A DNA stretch of 64,000 nucleotides, taken from the NCBI GenBank assembly GCA_047967505.1, contig CM106538.1. One strand, given 5' to 3'. The notes below the pieces were generated by a model. That model saw only the letters and a program-made list of their open reading frames with translations. It searched no databases and had not been told where the DNA came from. Of the stretch, positions 62,935-64,000 are shown piece by piece (the first letter of the stretch is position 1; every line of letters begins with the position of its first letter). This DNA comes from Dipteris shenzhenensis (taxonomy: Eukaryota). The translations under genes and the position numbers were made by a program.

Positions 62935-64000
62935 TTAGATCTAGTCATTGCACATTTGTGAACTTCCTTTCTGTCAATCCTAGTATGGTTGAGGTTGAAG
63001 TTTGTGCAGATGCAGGCAACTTTGTTCTTGCTGTGTAGTGCGTTATGCACTCGGACTATAAAACTGGTTCTCTGGAGTGTAGTTTTAAGTACTTTCATGC
63101 TGGAGTGTCCTTGATTTAGATTTGGTGTTGCAGGATGTCTTGAGTTTAGAAAAGACCGCATGTACGTGATTATATTCAAATATGGAGGAATTTTATTGAA
63201 ATGTAGTGCTTGATTTTGACAATACATATCTAAGTTACCCTTGCATGCATTATTGCCTAATTGTACCATTTTCCTACTGCCATGTGACTGAACATTCTTT
63301 TGTCTCTCTTTATACTTTTGCATGCCCTACACGAATCGGTCTACGCGTATCCAAGGCTTCTCTCTTATATAGCGGTTCAATGCCTTCATCATGCCACTCC
63401 TTCAGAATCGATAGATGAAGAACAAGCATATGATGTTGCTTTCAAGGTTTTGTCATGATGTTACTCCTCATTTGATAAAGGGTAAGAATATGTTATTAAC
63501 ACTTTGAATCTGCTTTGTTACGGATCTAGGACATGAAAGAGTTTACACGGACTGGGTTAAAGTAGGAACAGACCCGTTGTAATGTTTAGGCACAGTCATA
63601 GTGTTACCTTGTGTGAGGGAAGTAAAGGTCTTGCTGATTTCTTTGGCAGTACCTTGGTTTTATAATCACACGGAGTTGTGGAGACTAGGCCATCGATTGT
63701 TTTTTCATGTCTAGTGATCCAACCCCATTGTGAAGGCCTCGTTAGATAATGGCAACCGTGTGGCGTGCATGTTTGACCTACCATTGGTGAATGATGGTCC
63801 TTTGAACATGCTTCTAAAATAGGAGAGAACATCATATTCAATATCAGATTAGGAAATGGAATAAAAGCTGATTCACTGGAAAGCATCATAGGGCATGAGA
63901 TGTACTCATGGTTGGACACAACGGCTTTAGATGGCCAAATGAAATCAAGGTTTTCCAATGATTCATGGCTGAAATGCTATAGGAATTTATGGCATGGATG

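Noticed and set aside
62832-63958. Minus-strand ORFs of 163 and 120 aa after GIF
   Set aside because: Overlap the presumed GIF 3' UTR/downstream region and show no recognisable features

Overview
This is a TE-rich land-plant nuclear window. Gene style and repeat content suggest a large-genome seed-free plant such as a fern, but that is inference. It holds two intact host genes on the + strand. The first is a compact 3-exon cinnamate 4-hydroxylase (C4H/CYP73A, 1606-3326, 507 aa). The second is a 4-exon GRF-interacting factor (GIF/SSXT family, 253 aa) of which the ORF track shows only fragments: 762 coding bases are spread over 30.8 kb (32146-62934), and introns 1 (5.8 kb) and 2 (24 kb) are packed with nested TEs. 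These include two gag-only LTR elements, LINE, copia and intron-containing hAT remnants, mosaic LTRs joined by a 46-nt PBS-PPT linker, and a young chromoviral Ty3/gypsy element (52447-60323) with TG...TA ends and one stop in gag-pol. Between the two genes lie a decayed Penelope-like element with an apparently N-terminal GIY-YIG-like motif, a Sola-like transposase relic, old copia debris and a structurally complete but inactivated Ty1/copia (17257-23437). All calls come from reading the sequence; no searches were run.
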